Shown here in pieces: positions 11,686 to 26,615 of a stretch of DNA of 64,000 bases (position 1 is the first letter of the stretch; each line of letters opens with the position of its first letter). The notes under the pieces were generated by a model that was given only the letters and a program-made list of their open reading frames with translations, made no database searches and was not told where the DNA came from. The stretch covers positions 17,050,001 through 17,114,000 of the forward strand of contig CM022677.1 of the NCBI GenBank assembly GCA_012295275.1, given 5' to 3'. A program made the position numbers and the translations under genes. Source of the stretch: Chrysomallon squamiferum (lineage: Eukaryota > Animalia > Mollusca).

Positions 11686-13147
11686 GGATAGCTAAGTGGA
11701 TTACCGTTCTCGGTGGATTCCAAAGCCTGGATTTGTGGATATATATATATATATACCGCTGATACAAACTAAAGCTGAATTATGTTGGATGAACCAATGA
11801 TGGAGAAACCAATACTTTTTTTGTGAACAAATCAAAGGTTATAAACCAACAACTGGTGCTCCGGATAAACCAAAAAGGATAAAACCAAAAAATGGTTTTT
11901 ATAGGTTAAACGACAAAGAATTAGACTTTGAGATAAACTAAATAATATTTACTTTATCTCTCAATCTAATTCCCCTTCGGTATTATGCCAGTGAATTAAT
12001 CTTAATAGCAATCTTTGGAATCTGATGGAGTTTGATCTCTCTATTCAGTATTTTTTCTGACGTTGGTTTTCTGAATGTACGAAAGAAGGAAGAAAAAAGA
12101 AGAAAAGGAAGGAAAGAATAAAACAGACGGAGAAAAGTGAAAGAAAATTGGCAAAAAGAAATCATGATTAAAGAGAAGATAACCGTGTAGAACAAAGGAC
12201 AAAAATAATGAGGAGTAAACAATGGGGGGGAGAGGAAAAAATAAAATTTTAAAAGGAAATAAACATTAAAATTGTAAAAAAGTAATAATAATAAGATAAG
12301 AAGAAGCGAACGAAGTATGTAGACAATAGGAACAAATGAATACAAAGAGAGAAGAGAAAAAAAGAAGAGAAAAATGCGTAGCCTAAATAGAAACTTAATT
12401 ACATAAAGAAGAGTAATTAGAAAAAATGAAAAAAGAAAAACAGATAAAGGTAAAGAATATAACAAAAAAAAAATATCACGCAGTGAAAAAAAAAAATGAA
12501 CAAGAAAAGGTAAAGAAGAAAAAAAAAATATAAAGAAAACGAAATTGAAATTAAGAAAAGAAAAGAAAAAAACCCAACAAATACAAAAACAAAAGCTAAT
12601 TATTTTACCAATTCAACATTTTATACGGAAGACTATTTCTTTCGGTTAATGTTGATAAAACTGTAAAAACCCTTTTTTCGCTTTTTAACTTCTGTAAACG
12701 AGTTAGTAAACGAATTTCGGTCATCGTTCAGTAATTCTATTGTCGCGCTAAGGGTGGCAGTCCTCTCTCTCTCTCTCTCTTAAACTAATAAAATTATTTT
12801 CTAACGAGATTACAGCCAAACTGTTTTAACCCGGGAGTAGCTAGCACTGTCATCCAACTGACTCAGCTAAAGGTTTGCACTCCTTAGTTTTAATCAGTTT
12901 AATTAACGCGGACGTGTCGCTCGAACTCGCTGCGGGGCTTAACGGGTGACGTCATTTAGTTAAACGACCAATAAAAAGTGTCGTTACGTTTTAAACGTGT
13001 TACGCTATGACGTAGGTGACACGTACTTTACACTTTAGTGCTTGGATTGTCGTTCTAGAGTACTTTAAACTCGTTGGACGACAATCATCCATCAGTCCTT
13101 CCATCCCACCATCTGTACCCATCCCTGTCTTCTCATAACCAAACACA

Positions 13148-13196
<49 letters not shown>

Positions 13197-13280
13197 CCAC
13201 ATACATACATACATACAACCATACACAAAATCTCCCACACAAAAATACATATTCACACACATACACTATAAATATGTATT

Positions 13281-13376
<96 letters not shown>

Positions 13377-14324
13377 AAGTTAACACTCACAAACACATCA
13401 CATTCCAGTTTACCAAGCAGTGCTCAAATGTAACTCAATAATTTAAAACTTAAAGTACAATTTGTCCTCGAACGTTTTTTTTTTCTTCTTCACCTTTTTC
13501 GTTTCCAGTGTGATTATTCGATTCGATATCTCTTCCTTATCGACAGCAACGTTAACCAGAAGAAGAAGAAGAAGAAGAAGAAGAATATAATTAGGGATGC
13601 GTCGAGAATTTAATACGCTCCATTAACACAAACCTGAATAAGACAACCGTGCCTTCTTGCCTCTCAAAAACCCTTCCGCTTATCAAACATCTCCGATATC
13701 TGAAGCATTTTAAAAAAACAGACATGGCGACAAGACTACTAATTTCCAATTTAGGACGTAATCGGGTACAAGCTGGTAAAACAAAAGCTTTGCTAATTGG
13801 CGCGGAAGAGACTCAAAGAATGGATTCTTCTAACGGTTAATCGACAGGCACGTGCCGATATTTGCCTCGCGATGTCTCGTGAAATTGACAAACGATTTGC
13901 AAGGGAAACAGACAAGTTGTCAATTACCGATATGAAATGGATTAATTTCTCGCCCGTTTTTGTGCCGCTTTAAAATCCGGAGAGAAAGATGCAGGCCGTG
14001 TGCAAAAAAAAAAAAAAAAAAAAAAAAATAAAAAAATAAAAAAACGTGCTGAGAAAGAAGAACGAGATATCAGTGTTGATGGTGTTTGGTTTGTTCGTTG
14101 TTGTTGCACAAACGTGACAAACGTGACAGTAAATAGCGTTGTCGTAGTTTAGGTCAATAAATAACAAAGAAAACAAAATAAAGTTATGCTTAATAAAGGT
14201 GTGTGTTTCATGTGTGTGTGTGTGTGTATGCGTGTCTGTGTTTATGGTGTGTTCTTCATTGTGATAATGATGATGATGATGATGATATTGATAATTAATA
14301 ATCGTATTAATAATAAACATTAAA

Positions 14325-14430
14325 ATTAAAATAATAATAATAATATATTGATGATGATAATAATAATAAAAATAACAACTATAATAAAAATAATAATAAT
14401 AATAGTAACACTAATAATAATAATAATAAC

Positions 14431-14529
<99 letters not shown>

Positions 14530-14770
14530 AATAATAATAATATATTGATGATGATAATAATAAAAATAACAACTATAATAATAATAGTAATAATAATAAT
14601 TAATAATAATAATAATAATAACACTACTACTAATAATAATAATATTAACAATAATAATAATAACAGTAATAATAATAATAATAATAACACTACTACTACT
14701 AATAATAATAATAATAATAATAATAGTAACACTAATAATAATAATAACAACAACAACACAACAACAATAT
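14325..14770. repeat. Long (AAT)n-based microsatellite with internal block duplication
   Basis: AAT tract in which TATATTGATGATGATAATAATAA...AAAATAACAACTATAATAA appears twice (~14343 and ~14540). Similar AAT arrays at 18295-18720 and 33150-33490. Confidence 0.93.
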
Positions 14771-15158
14771 TAAAATGTAATATAATTCTCACTTGATACG
14801 CTATCACAAACTGAACTAAGTAATTACATGTACACACTGACATTCGCTGCTTTATCAGATTATTGATGACATTTTCTTTGCAATTTACTTGTCAACTTTT
14901 CAACACGCTGTCAGTTTTGAAATCATTAAAAAAAAAATTAAAAAAAAAAAAAAAAAAAGAAAAGAACGGTATTAATTTTCATAACGCAAAAATGTACTGT
15001 CACTTTTCACATTGATGTGAAAGAAATTGAACGCGATAATGTCAAATTTCAGACCCAGTACAAGTGACGTCATTTTTCACATCGAAAAAGGATACTGTCA
15101 AATTTCGTTCCAATACCACATGATTTTTTTATTTTATTTTTTTTTTTTTTTTTTTTTT

Positions 15159-15210
<52 letters not shown>

Positions 15211-15622
15211 TTCCATTACATGTTAGTGGAACATTTTAAACGATGTATGATTAAATCAAAACTGACGTGGTTACAATAATTAAAAATAAAAGTAACATTA
15301 GCTGAATACAATAATAAGTATTAAAGTAGTTGCTTGAGCAATGGTACTAGTAGTACTAGAAGGACAGTAGTAATAATAGTAACGGTGGTAACTGTAGCAG
15401 CAGCAGTATTGGTAGTATTAGCAGTATTAGCAGTAGTAATAATGGTAATAGTAGTAGTTACTCATAGGTAATATGTAATAATAATAGTGGTTGTTATATA
15501 GTAGTAGTAGTAGTAGTAATAGTAGTAGTAGTAGTAGTAGTAGTAGTAATAGAAGCAGTAGTACTAGTAGTTATAGAAGGTCTATAATAATAGTGGTTAT
15601 ATAGTAGCAGTAGCTGTAGTAC

Positions 15623-15658
<36 letters not shown>

Positions 15659-16101
15659 AAGTAGTAGTAGTAGTTATAGAAGATCTGTAATAATAATAGT
15701 GTTGGTTATATAGTAGAAGCTGTAGTACTAGTAGTAGTACTTGTTCTGCCACTAGTTCTAGAAGCACTTAGTAACACCAGAAGTCGTAATGGCTGTAGTA
15801 GAAGTAGCAGTAATAGTAGTAGTAGTAGTAATAGTAGTAGTAGTAGTGGTAACAGTAGTACTAAAAGAAACAGCATTACTATTCCTACTAATAAACTAAG
15901 AACAATAACTAAAACTCTCTATACGAGAAACAAACAAAATAAAAAAAAATAATGAAAAAAAAACAAAACAAAACAAAATTATTATTATTATTATTATTAT
16001 TATAATCATCATCATCATCATCATCATCATCATTATTATTATTATTATTATTAGTAGTAGTAGTAGTAGTAGTAGTAGTATCGTTATCGTTATCATTATC
16101 A

Positions 16102-16133
<32 letters not shown>

Positions 16134-16886
16134 TTTCTTTATCTTCACAGACGAATACTCAGGCAGCACTACATGTTTGTTGGGCGGGGCTAAAATGCGA
16201 TGATGTGACTACTAAACTGATTATTCACTTCATTTTAATGTCTGGGGAACAGCGGTATTAATACAACCAGAACCACGAGGGAAATTAACCCTGATAGCCC
16301 ATCCAAGTTCTCCATCCATAATTTGTCAAACAGTCATCTTTTTTTTCAGGTCGGAGAGAAAAAGAATGAATGAAAAGAAAAGAAAAAGTAAAGAAAAAAG
16401 AAAGAAAAGAAAAGAAGAAAATGAACGATGAAAAAATACAGATTAAAGAAAAAGAAGGAAAGAAAAGATTAAAAAGAAACAAAAGGAAAGAAAAGAGGAA
16501 TTAAAGAAAGCGAAAGAATGAAAAAGAAAAAATAAGGATAGAAAGAAGGAGAGAAAAGAAAAAGAAACAGAAAATGATGTAACGAAAGAGATTAATCTTC
16601 ATTAAGAAAAGGATTTTAAAAAATTCTAGAATTATAATGTAAGAAAAGAAAGCTTAGAATTCATTAAAAAAAAAAATCATAGAATACTTTTTTTTCTGTT
16701 TTCTTTTCTTTCTTTTTTTATTCAACACCTTTAAAGAACGATTTTATTCCGATCGTAAAAAGTGATTTGAATTAACCTTTACTTATCTGATTAATTTATC
16801 TAATTCTAATTAGAAAATTAATTTCATTTCGGAATCAAACTTTCTGATTGTTGCTAAGTTGACTTTTCTTGTTTCTTTAGCAACCC

Positions 16887-16932
<46 letters not shown>

Positions 16933-18152
16933 ACTGTTCATGGGAAAGAAAATATAAAAAAATGTCTTTGTGCTAATATTTTTCTTACAGTTCAATTAAT
17001 TATGACTGACATATGTCAGTAATAAATGATGGAAAATATTTCAGTAAATAAAAATTAAAAATAAATAACAAATAATCAACGCAAAAGCACTAAGAATAAC
17101 AAGAAGAATAATAACAATAATAAATACAACAGCAAAAAGTAAAGCAGCAACAATAATATGAGAAGGTCAAAAACCATTATTTTCTTATATTTTATGTTCA
17201 GATCAAGAAAATAAATATATAAAGTAAGTAAGTAAAAAGTAAACAAACAAACAAACAAACAAACAAATAAATAAATAGACAATTAAATAAATAAACAAAC
17301 AAGCAAACAAACAAACAAATAAATAAGTAAATAAACAAATAAATAAACAAAAAGAAACTCCGCGCTTTAATGTAGGGCAAGATAAACTTGGAAAGAAGAC
17401 ATACAATAAAATGTTGTAAAAACAACAAAACATAAAAGAAACATTCTGACAAGATTCAACAGAAGAAACAAAACAGAATTTAAAAATACAAGAAAAAAGA
17501 CCAAAAAAAAAAATGACACATATAAGATGATTATGAACTTCAAGAACAAGAAAGAGACAAAAAAAAAAAAAAAATCGAATCTCATAAACTTAAACTTAAC
17601 ATCAGTGTACAAAACGAAACAACTGACATTTTCACTGAAAAAAAAAAAAATCCTCTTCAAAATTTATCTTCAAACATCAACATATATATACACATACTCG
17701 CTTCCTCATCTCTCTAGCATCTTTCCCTTCCTACCCTTACAGTATTTCAACCCTCAATAATCACTGGTAACACTGTCCTGTGGCAATCAGATTTACGTCA
17801 GTAATGCAATTAGCTCATGCGCCCGATTACGCGAACAAATACGCATTTTTATTTTATTTAATATCGAGGCATTGTGCGGAGTCGTTCGGGGTAAACGAAA
17901 CTGAAGACGTCGTTGCCGTCAGCAAGTAAAACACGTCAACAGCCTGACAGCATGGAGGAAGACGACGTTGTCTGTCAGAGGAGCCTGTAGCTGTTTGAAT
18001 TTAGATAAGGTGTGGGATTTCAAGGATGACTTTCAGAAACGCCCCCTCAGAAATGTTTATGTGAAGGAATATGTGAGAGAATAGAATTTAGATAAAAAGT
18101 AGGTAAGAAAGTGTTGAAGTAGGTAAGTATAAAAGTTAAATAAATAAGCAAA

Positions 18153-18191
<39 letters not shown>

Positions 18192-18431
18192 ATATATAAA
18201 GAAAAAAAATAAATAAATAAATAAATAAAAAAAAAAAAAAATTTTAAATTAAAAAAAAAAAAAACACACCAATAAAATAAATAATAGAAATAATGTTGTT
18301 AATAATAATAATAATAATAATAAAATAATAATAAAATAAATAAAATAAAATAAAAATAACAATAATAAAAAAAAAAAAAAAAAAAAATAACAAAAATAAA
18401 ATAATAATAAAATAATAATAATAAAATAAAC

Positions 18432-18472
<41 letters not shown>

Positions 18473-18629
18473 CAATAATAATAATAATAATAAAGACAAT
18501 AATAACAATAATAATAAAAATAATAACAATAATAATAATAATAATGACAATAATAACAATAATAATAAAAATAATAATAATAATAATCACAATAATAATA
18601 ATAAAAACAACAATAATAATAATAATGAC

Positions 18630-18715
<86 letters not shown>

Positions 18716-18909
18716 TAACAATAGTAACATCAATAAGAATGTTAAAAACGAAGAAGATGGAGATACAGAGTCAGACAGAATGAGAAACCAAAAAAGGTAG
18801 ACTAAAAAAAAAAACAAAAAAAAAAAAAAAAACAAAACTAGACAGGTAGTCAGGTTCATACCGTAAAACACGAATACTGACAGGCTATAACCTAATAAAG
18901 AATACGAAA

Positions 18910-18959
<50 letters not shown>

Positions 18960-19650
18960 AAAATAACCATTAACGTACCAAATAAACTTTATCAAAAATC
19001 GTTAAAAGAAGAACGAAAAAAAAAAAATTCTACAAAATAATTGTTTTTAAAATTCGTGATATGGAAATTCGACATAAACAGATTATTCCGCAAAAATCAT
19101 CTACAGAGCACAATTTAATCAGCTTTGTACCGTCTCCTTCTTGTCTGTTCCGCTTCGAGCAACTGACAAATCATTAATCACCTAAAAAAAGGTATTAAAC
19201 CCAGTCAACTAAATATGGCTTGACAGCTATTTGATACTCGTTTTTTTTTTTTCTTTCTTTTTTTTTTCTTTTTTCGTTTTTTCTCTCTCTTCTCTGAAAA
19301 TGTACTGATGCTATTGCTTCCAGGTATCATTAGTAGGAATGAGTATATTTAATGGTACAGAGATAAAGTAAATTTAATCTGTGTGTGGTTCGATTCTGTT
19401 TTCGTTGAGTTCAGAAATCGACTGTTTGTCGTTCCTAGCGTTATCTGACGAATTCTTTACCGAAGATTTTTTTTCCTGTCTATGGGAGGTTTCTTATCAA
19501 GGATTATTTACTGCTAAGTAAAATAGGGGGCTTAGTTTTTATTTTCAAGATCAATAATAACAAAAAATAAACAAACAAAAAAAACAACAATAACAACAGC
19601 AGCAACAATAATAATAATAACTGTAATAATAATAATGATAATAATAATAA

Positions 19651-19681
<31 letters not shown>

Positions 19682-19992
19682 AAGAAGAAAATTAAAAGAT
19701 AATTAATAATAATAATAATAGTTATTATTTTAATAATAATTATTATTAATTAATAATAATAATTATTATTATTATTATTATTAAACTAATAAAACACTCA
19801 AAATAGAAAAAAAAAAAAAATAAGAAAGAAAATGAGTGTAATACAGAGAAAAAGGGATGCCCAGTTACATATAATAGAGAAAAGCTACAGAAATAAATAA
19901 ATAAATAAATGAATAAACAAACAATGGACAAACTAAAAATAAAATAAATAAATAAAAAATAAATAAATAAATACGTTGAAAAAGATGAATCA

Positions 19993-20040
<48 letters not shown>

Positions 20041-20469
20041 AAAAAAAAAAAAAAATAAACGGAAAAAACCAAAAATCAAAAAAAAAAAAAAAATAGAAAG
20101 AGACGAGCGAAGAATACGAAATCCGCCGATAACGCGACAGTGTCCGCATCCGGTATCAATCTCTTTATTTACACGTTACATAATAGGATTGCCTTCGGGG
20201 CGAAAACTGCACGGAACCGCGGATTATCTTAACTGTATTTACAATCACGAAATACGGTGCTGCACGATAACACCGTATCTGTCAAAGCGCCGCATTAAAA
20301 CCAGTGTATTTATTTGAAATGGGAATCATACTGCAGCGTAATGACTTAGAAATAAAACGGTTTATTTGGTCGATTCTTTAAAAAAAAAGAAAAAGAAATA
20401 AAAAATGCATGGAAATGAAATCATTTGCTTCTGGGAAATGCGGATGGGATGAGTGTGAAATGAAGGTGT

Positions 20470-20636
20470 TGAGGGTTGTTGGATCGATCTTTCTTAGTGA
20501 GATATTTCCCGATCCAGCCACTGCTCCACAGATGGGAGAATAAAGGTTGTGGTGTGTACTACCCTGTCAGGATGGTGAATATAAAAGAGTATTGTTGCTA
20601 ATGGCAACAGAACATGAAATGGGTGGAGTCTGTCTC
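20470..20636 (+). mobile_element. Degraded tRNA-derived SINE fragment (MetaSINE-like core)
   Basis: GGATCGATC (B-box region) ... TATTTCCCGATCCAGCCACTGCTCCAC ... TAAAGGTTGTGGTGTGTACTACCCTGTC..GGATGGTGAATATAAAAGA..TTGCTAAT. This matches my recollection of the core CCAGCCAGTGCTCCACGACTGG..AAAGGCCGTGGTATGT.CTATCCTGTCTGTGGGATGGTGCATATAAAAGATCCCTTGCT of mollusc/fish SINEs. The family name is from memory, not from a search. Confidence 0.65.
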
Positions 20637-20930
20637 GTTTTAATTAAGAAAATTTTAATAATGGAACACAAAACCTTGTTATCGCAAAAATCGAACAATT
20701 ACTGTTAGTGACTGTAGATATTTCGGCAACATTTAACAGCTTCGTTCAGAGAAGTAATTTTCCACAAACTGGACAAAACTTATCACTCTGTACTATATGT
20801 TTGTTTTGTTGTTGTTTTTTGTTTGTTTTTATTTTATTTTTTATTTTATTTCGTAGACAAGACATTCAAGACAGCAACTGTAACGTACTGATTTAAAACA
20901 ATCAACATCTCTCTGTCTCTCTCTCTCTCC

Positions 20931-21007
<77 letters not shown>

Positions 21008-24000
21008 ATTACTGAAATTAACTCTTATGTCACACCACTACGTCATTCTGTCGTCGTATTCAAACCGCGGCCTGATAAAGGAAACTCGTGTTGTCGACGT
21101 GTACTTGTTTCAAGCTATGTTTATACTCGCACATTCTATTAACACGGACATCACGTCAGTTCTCAGTCCATCAAATCTAACAGACGACTGCAAACAACGA
21201 GTCCAGCCTCGCAAACTCAGGCGATGCAATTCTTACGTCATTTTTTTTTTTTTTTTTTTTTTTTTTTTGTGTCGTACCATCTCGTCAGTGCAGTAATTTA
21301 ACTTGAAAGTCGACGTGACTTAGAAAGTTTATCAGAAAGAACGAGTCTTCGTAAGAAAAGTGTACGTCACGTCTGCACTTTTAAAACGTCTTTCTTGATC
21401 GGTAATATTCCCGTAACTCAAAATGATCAGCGCTATTGTTTTAGTAGTAATCATACTTCTGCCACTACATCAGTTACTACTCTGTTACTGATGCTACTGC
21501 TACTACTACAACTAATCCCCTACCTCTGCCACTGCTAATAGTATTATTATTACTACTACTACTGCTGCTACTACTACTATTATTACGATTAGTAGTAGTA
21601 GTGATCATAGTATTATAGTGCTGGAAGTAGTAACGTCAGTAATAGTATTGTAAGACGAAGATAAAGTCATGTTGATGATGATGATGATTATATAATAATA
21701 AGAATAAGAAGAAGAAGAAGAAGAAAGAAGAAGAAGAAGAAGAAGAAAAAGAAGAAGAAGAAGAAGAAGAAGAAGAAGAAGAAGAAGAAGAAGAAGATAT
21801 AGAAGAAGATATAGAAGAAGAAGAAGAAGAAGAAGACGAAAAGAAGATATAGAAGAATAAGAAGAAGGTTGATGATGACGATTATCATTATGACGTTGAT
21901 GTCAGTATTGATGACGATGAACGATCATGTTACTAAAACATTAATATCAAAACTGTTGCTCTTAATATGTTTGCAATATGTTGATCAAGCTTCAGTAATA
22001 CTCTACAACCCTTACAAAACAAGAGAATCATCAAAGAACAAACTCAAGAAAGATCTGAACAATCCTCTAACTTAACTGCTGCGAACATTTTTTTCGATTT
22101 ACTGGTCACGTGAGACAAAGTGTGGATTGAGACCACAACGTCATTAAGTCGTTATTTCACTTGTTTAAACTCGAATCTATGAACAATCTTGATAAAAAAA
22201 AAAAAAAAAAAAAAAAAATCAGTTCTGGGGCCACCAAAAGCGTGCTTGGTTATATTTCTAATGATAGAGTTATTTAAGGCTGGTCTCTGTGGTACTAAGA
22301 AAGGTTTATAAAAAACAAGATATCAGTTTTAATAAGAAAGAAATATAGGTTTAATTAAAAAAAAAAATAAAAAAGGGTATTTTAGATACGTTAGACTTAT
22401 AAAGACCATGGGGAAAATGTTTAAGATAGTTTTTGTGATATCGGGAAAAAAAGAAAATAACTCATTAGTTTTTTTGAATTATGGAAGGTAATCGATGCAA
22501 AATCAGAAGAGTTTGATAAGCCTGGGTTAGAAACTGAACAATCTGAAGGTCCTGGTTTTTCTGTGAGATGAAGAAAGACAGAGTGAGTGGATGGAAAGAA
22601 TGAAAGAAAGAAAGAAAGAAAGACAGAAAGAAAGAAAGAAAGAAAGACAGAAAGAAAACGAAAGAAACAGAAACACTTTAGTCTTATTAAATATTTATGT
22701 TGGTTTCGTCCGGAATAACCGAAATAAAAAAAGAATGAATGAAAAAAGAAAGAAAGAGTGAATAAATAAAAATAAGAACTAAAGAGTGAATGAATCAATG
22801 AATCAATGAATGAATGAGTGAATGAATCAATGAATGAATGAATGACGAAGCAACTTAAAGTGAAACGAGACTATCTGAGAGTTTTGTTTCGAATGAGAGC
22901 AAAAAAAATGTTATAAATGGAAGATGGAGAGATATTTATGAGACAAGATTACGTTTGGATATTACAGCTTTGGAAAATTTACTTCAAATGACTGGAAAAG
23001 TTCAAACACACAGAGACATAGAGTTAGATAGACAAACTAACACATAGACAGACAGAGATACAGACAGAGATAGGTAGTTAGATAGGTAGATATATAGCTA
23101 GATAAATAGACATATAGTTAGAGATAAGATCGACAGACAGACAGACAGATAGATAGGTAGGTAGAGAGATAGAGAGATAGATAGATAGATAAATAGACAG
23201 ATAGACATATGGATGGATGGATGGATGGACAGGTAGATAGACAGGCAGATTGACTGATTGAATACACATATTCGTATAAAAAATAAATAAACAAATAAAT
23301 AAAACTATAAATAAATTTAAAAAAAAACAAAAAAAAACTGAACTTATAAATAAATAAACAAACAAACAAACAAACAAACAAACAAACAAAAACAAACAAA
23401 CAAACAAACAAACAAACAAATAAATAAATAAATAAATAAATAAATAAATCAATATGCGTATCTACATATACAGAGAGAGAGAAATAAAGATAAAAAAAAT
23501 CAGGCAGAGAAACAGAAAACGAAAGAGTAAAAACTCAAAGAGACAGATTATATATTAGACATGTGACAGAAACGTGACAGGAAAACAGTTGAAAAACAAT
23601 ATCAATGAACGACAGGGGACAATTCTAAAACTAAGAGATTTGATAGTTTTTGAAGTTCGATTAAGACTATCAAATAAAACACAAACACACAGACAGACAG
23701 ACAGATATGTAGACAAATAATAAGACAGACATGAAGAGGGACGGATAAACAGACACAGAGACAGATAGACAGACTGACGGAAAGCAGAAACGACATAATG
23801 ACAGCCAAATAACATTTTTTTTGATTCAAGGACGGAAGAATAAATGCAAAGAACTGAAGACAGATTTTTAATAGTAAAAACTAATTATTTTTTAAGTAAT
23901 TATAGTTTACCGTTCTAAAACTGGAAAGTAATCTGTTGTTGATGACTTTAAAAAGATAATGAAGAATGAAAGAATGAAAGAAAGAAAGAAAGAAAGAAAA

Positions 24001-24624
24001 GAAATAATAATAATAATGATGATGATGATGACGATGATGCTGATGATAATAATAATAATCGATGTAATAAGCTGATGATGACAATACCATAAAACAACGA
24101 CACCAGTAACAACAACAACAACAACAACGACAACGACAACAACAACAATAATAATAATAGCAATAATGAAGATGACAATAAATATAACGTCAGCAACAAG
24201 ACGAAGAACAAGAAGAAGAAGAAGAAGAAGAAGAAGAAGAAGAAGAAATAGAAGAAGAAGAAGAAGAAGAAATAGAAGAAGAAGAAGAAGAAGAAGAAGA
24301 AGAAGAAGAAGAAGAAGAAGAAATAGAAGACGAAGGAAAGAAACTACGCAGTTTCTCTGAACACAAACACAAAGAGTGGAAATAAGACTGTTTAACTCGT
24401 GTTACCATGCATAGGACGACTGACCAGTGGGAATATATTCATACATTTTAAATAAAGCAGTTATCTTCTTACCTGTAATTGTGTGTATAATGTAACTTTT
24501 AGAAGAAAACAAATATATCTCTGTCTCTATAATCTTTCACTCATTCATTCTTTCTTTCTTTCTCTCCATCTTCTTTTATTTATTTATTTACTTACTTTGT
24601 TATTATTATTTATATATATATTGT

Positions 24625-24670
<46 letters not shown>

Positions 24671-25282
24671 GACATAGATATAGATATAGATATATTAATA
24701 ATGATAACGAAGTGAATAAAAGAAGATATGTATGTTTATGTGTGAGTGTGTGTGTTGTGTGTTTTAAAATATTTTTTTTAACTCAGCGAATTACAAATCA
24801 TTTCTTGTATGAAAAACTTTATTATAAAATCATGTACACAAAAAAAAAAAACAAAAAAAATTCTATTTCATTTCTTTTATCATTTTCTTTTTTTTTTTTC
24901 TTTATTAATTTTCACCTTCTAACACAGTCACCATAGAAACACAAATTACCATTTCTGCATTATGACCATAACACCATCACCACCACCTAACGTTCTGGCG
25001 CCAACGAGCACGTGTCATAACGCGCCTTTTGTGACAGTAATACGCATGCCCTAATGCGATTATCGATACGGCGCGTTTTCTGATGATCTGACTAACAACA
25101 ACATAGGACCAGGTTTGATTTAGTCAATACGCAAAGGTGAAAACACCGCACGTGCGTGACTGTTACTAACACGAGGCGTAAAAAAGAATGTTATTCAATT
25201 AGTTTTATAATTAGAAAAAAAAAATTGCGATAGTGAAATATGATGAGGTTTTGTAATATGCACATAATAAAACGAAATATAA

Positions 25283-25324
<42 letters not shown>

Positions 25325-25514
25325 CACACTACACACAAATATCCCTAGAAGATAAATAATTGACACATACAGAGAGTTAAAGAGATAGACAGAAAATAAA
25401 CAGACAACCAGACAGAGAGAAAGACAGATATACATAAAGACAGAGAGACAGAGAGATTGTTAGACAGATATATTTAGACAAAACACAGCCGTCGTATTGA
25501 TATACGGATATAAC

Positions 25515-25587
<73 letters not shown>

Positions 25588-25753
25588 TCTCTCTCTCTCT
25601 CTCTCAAACGAAGACACACATACGATCTCTCAAAAACGTACTAGTTGCTGTACCTTCAAATCAAAGCAAACTTAAAAAAAAAAAAAAAAAAAAAAAAAGA
25701 GATATAATAAAAAAAAAAAAAAAAAATTTAAACATTAAAACTTCTAAACAAAA

Positions 25754-25792
<39 letters not shown>

Positions 25793-26550
25793 TATCTAAT
25801 TATCTAATTATTATTATTATTATTATTACTCCGCTGGTAACCATTAAACAAACGTCACGAACGATATCTTTCGTCCGTCGACACATCCGTTTCTTCACCC
25901 GTCAACACTTTAAACAGCAATGGCACACACACCACACCCCGGAGGTGCAATTCGCGAGCGGGAACCCAGCCGAGTATGTAATAGTTAAATGGACTTTCTC
26001 GACTTTCGCATTTAAAAAAAATAAAAATAAAAAAAAAAAAAAAAAAACACGACCTAAACCGATTCAGTGCCCGTTGTCCCCCCTGAAGCAGAAAACCAGT
26101 CTACCGTGACGAAACACGCACCACCGCCTATGCAACGCCTCGAGAAGGCAATAAAACTTTGTTTTTATTACCTGCGCTGCAGAAGAACTGATGCAGTTAC
26201 TGGTTCGCGGAGAAACGCTAATGCTGTCGATAATGGATTAGAAGTTGTCGTTTTTCTTTTTAATCTGCATTTTTCTTTTTTTTTTTTTTTTTTTTTCCCC
26301 CCTTTTCTTCTTTCATCCTAATCTTCATTAACACTTCATGGAGGATACAATTGTATAATTTGGTGTAATGAAGGAGGGTGGGTGGGTGGGTGGGAGGGAG
26401 GAAGGGAGGGAGGGGAAGAGGGGGATATGCATGCATGTGTTAGCGGGTTCTGTTTGATATGGTGAATTTAGTGCATAATGAGACTTGAAGTAATAGAAAT
26501 GTTTTTTTCTTTTAGTCATAGAACTTTTTTCTCTGTTTTGAAATAATTGG

Positions 26551-26615
<65 letters not shown>

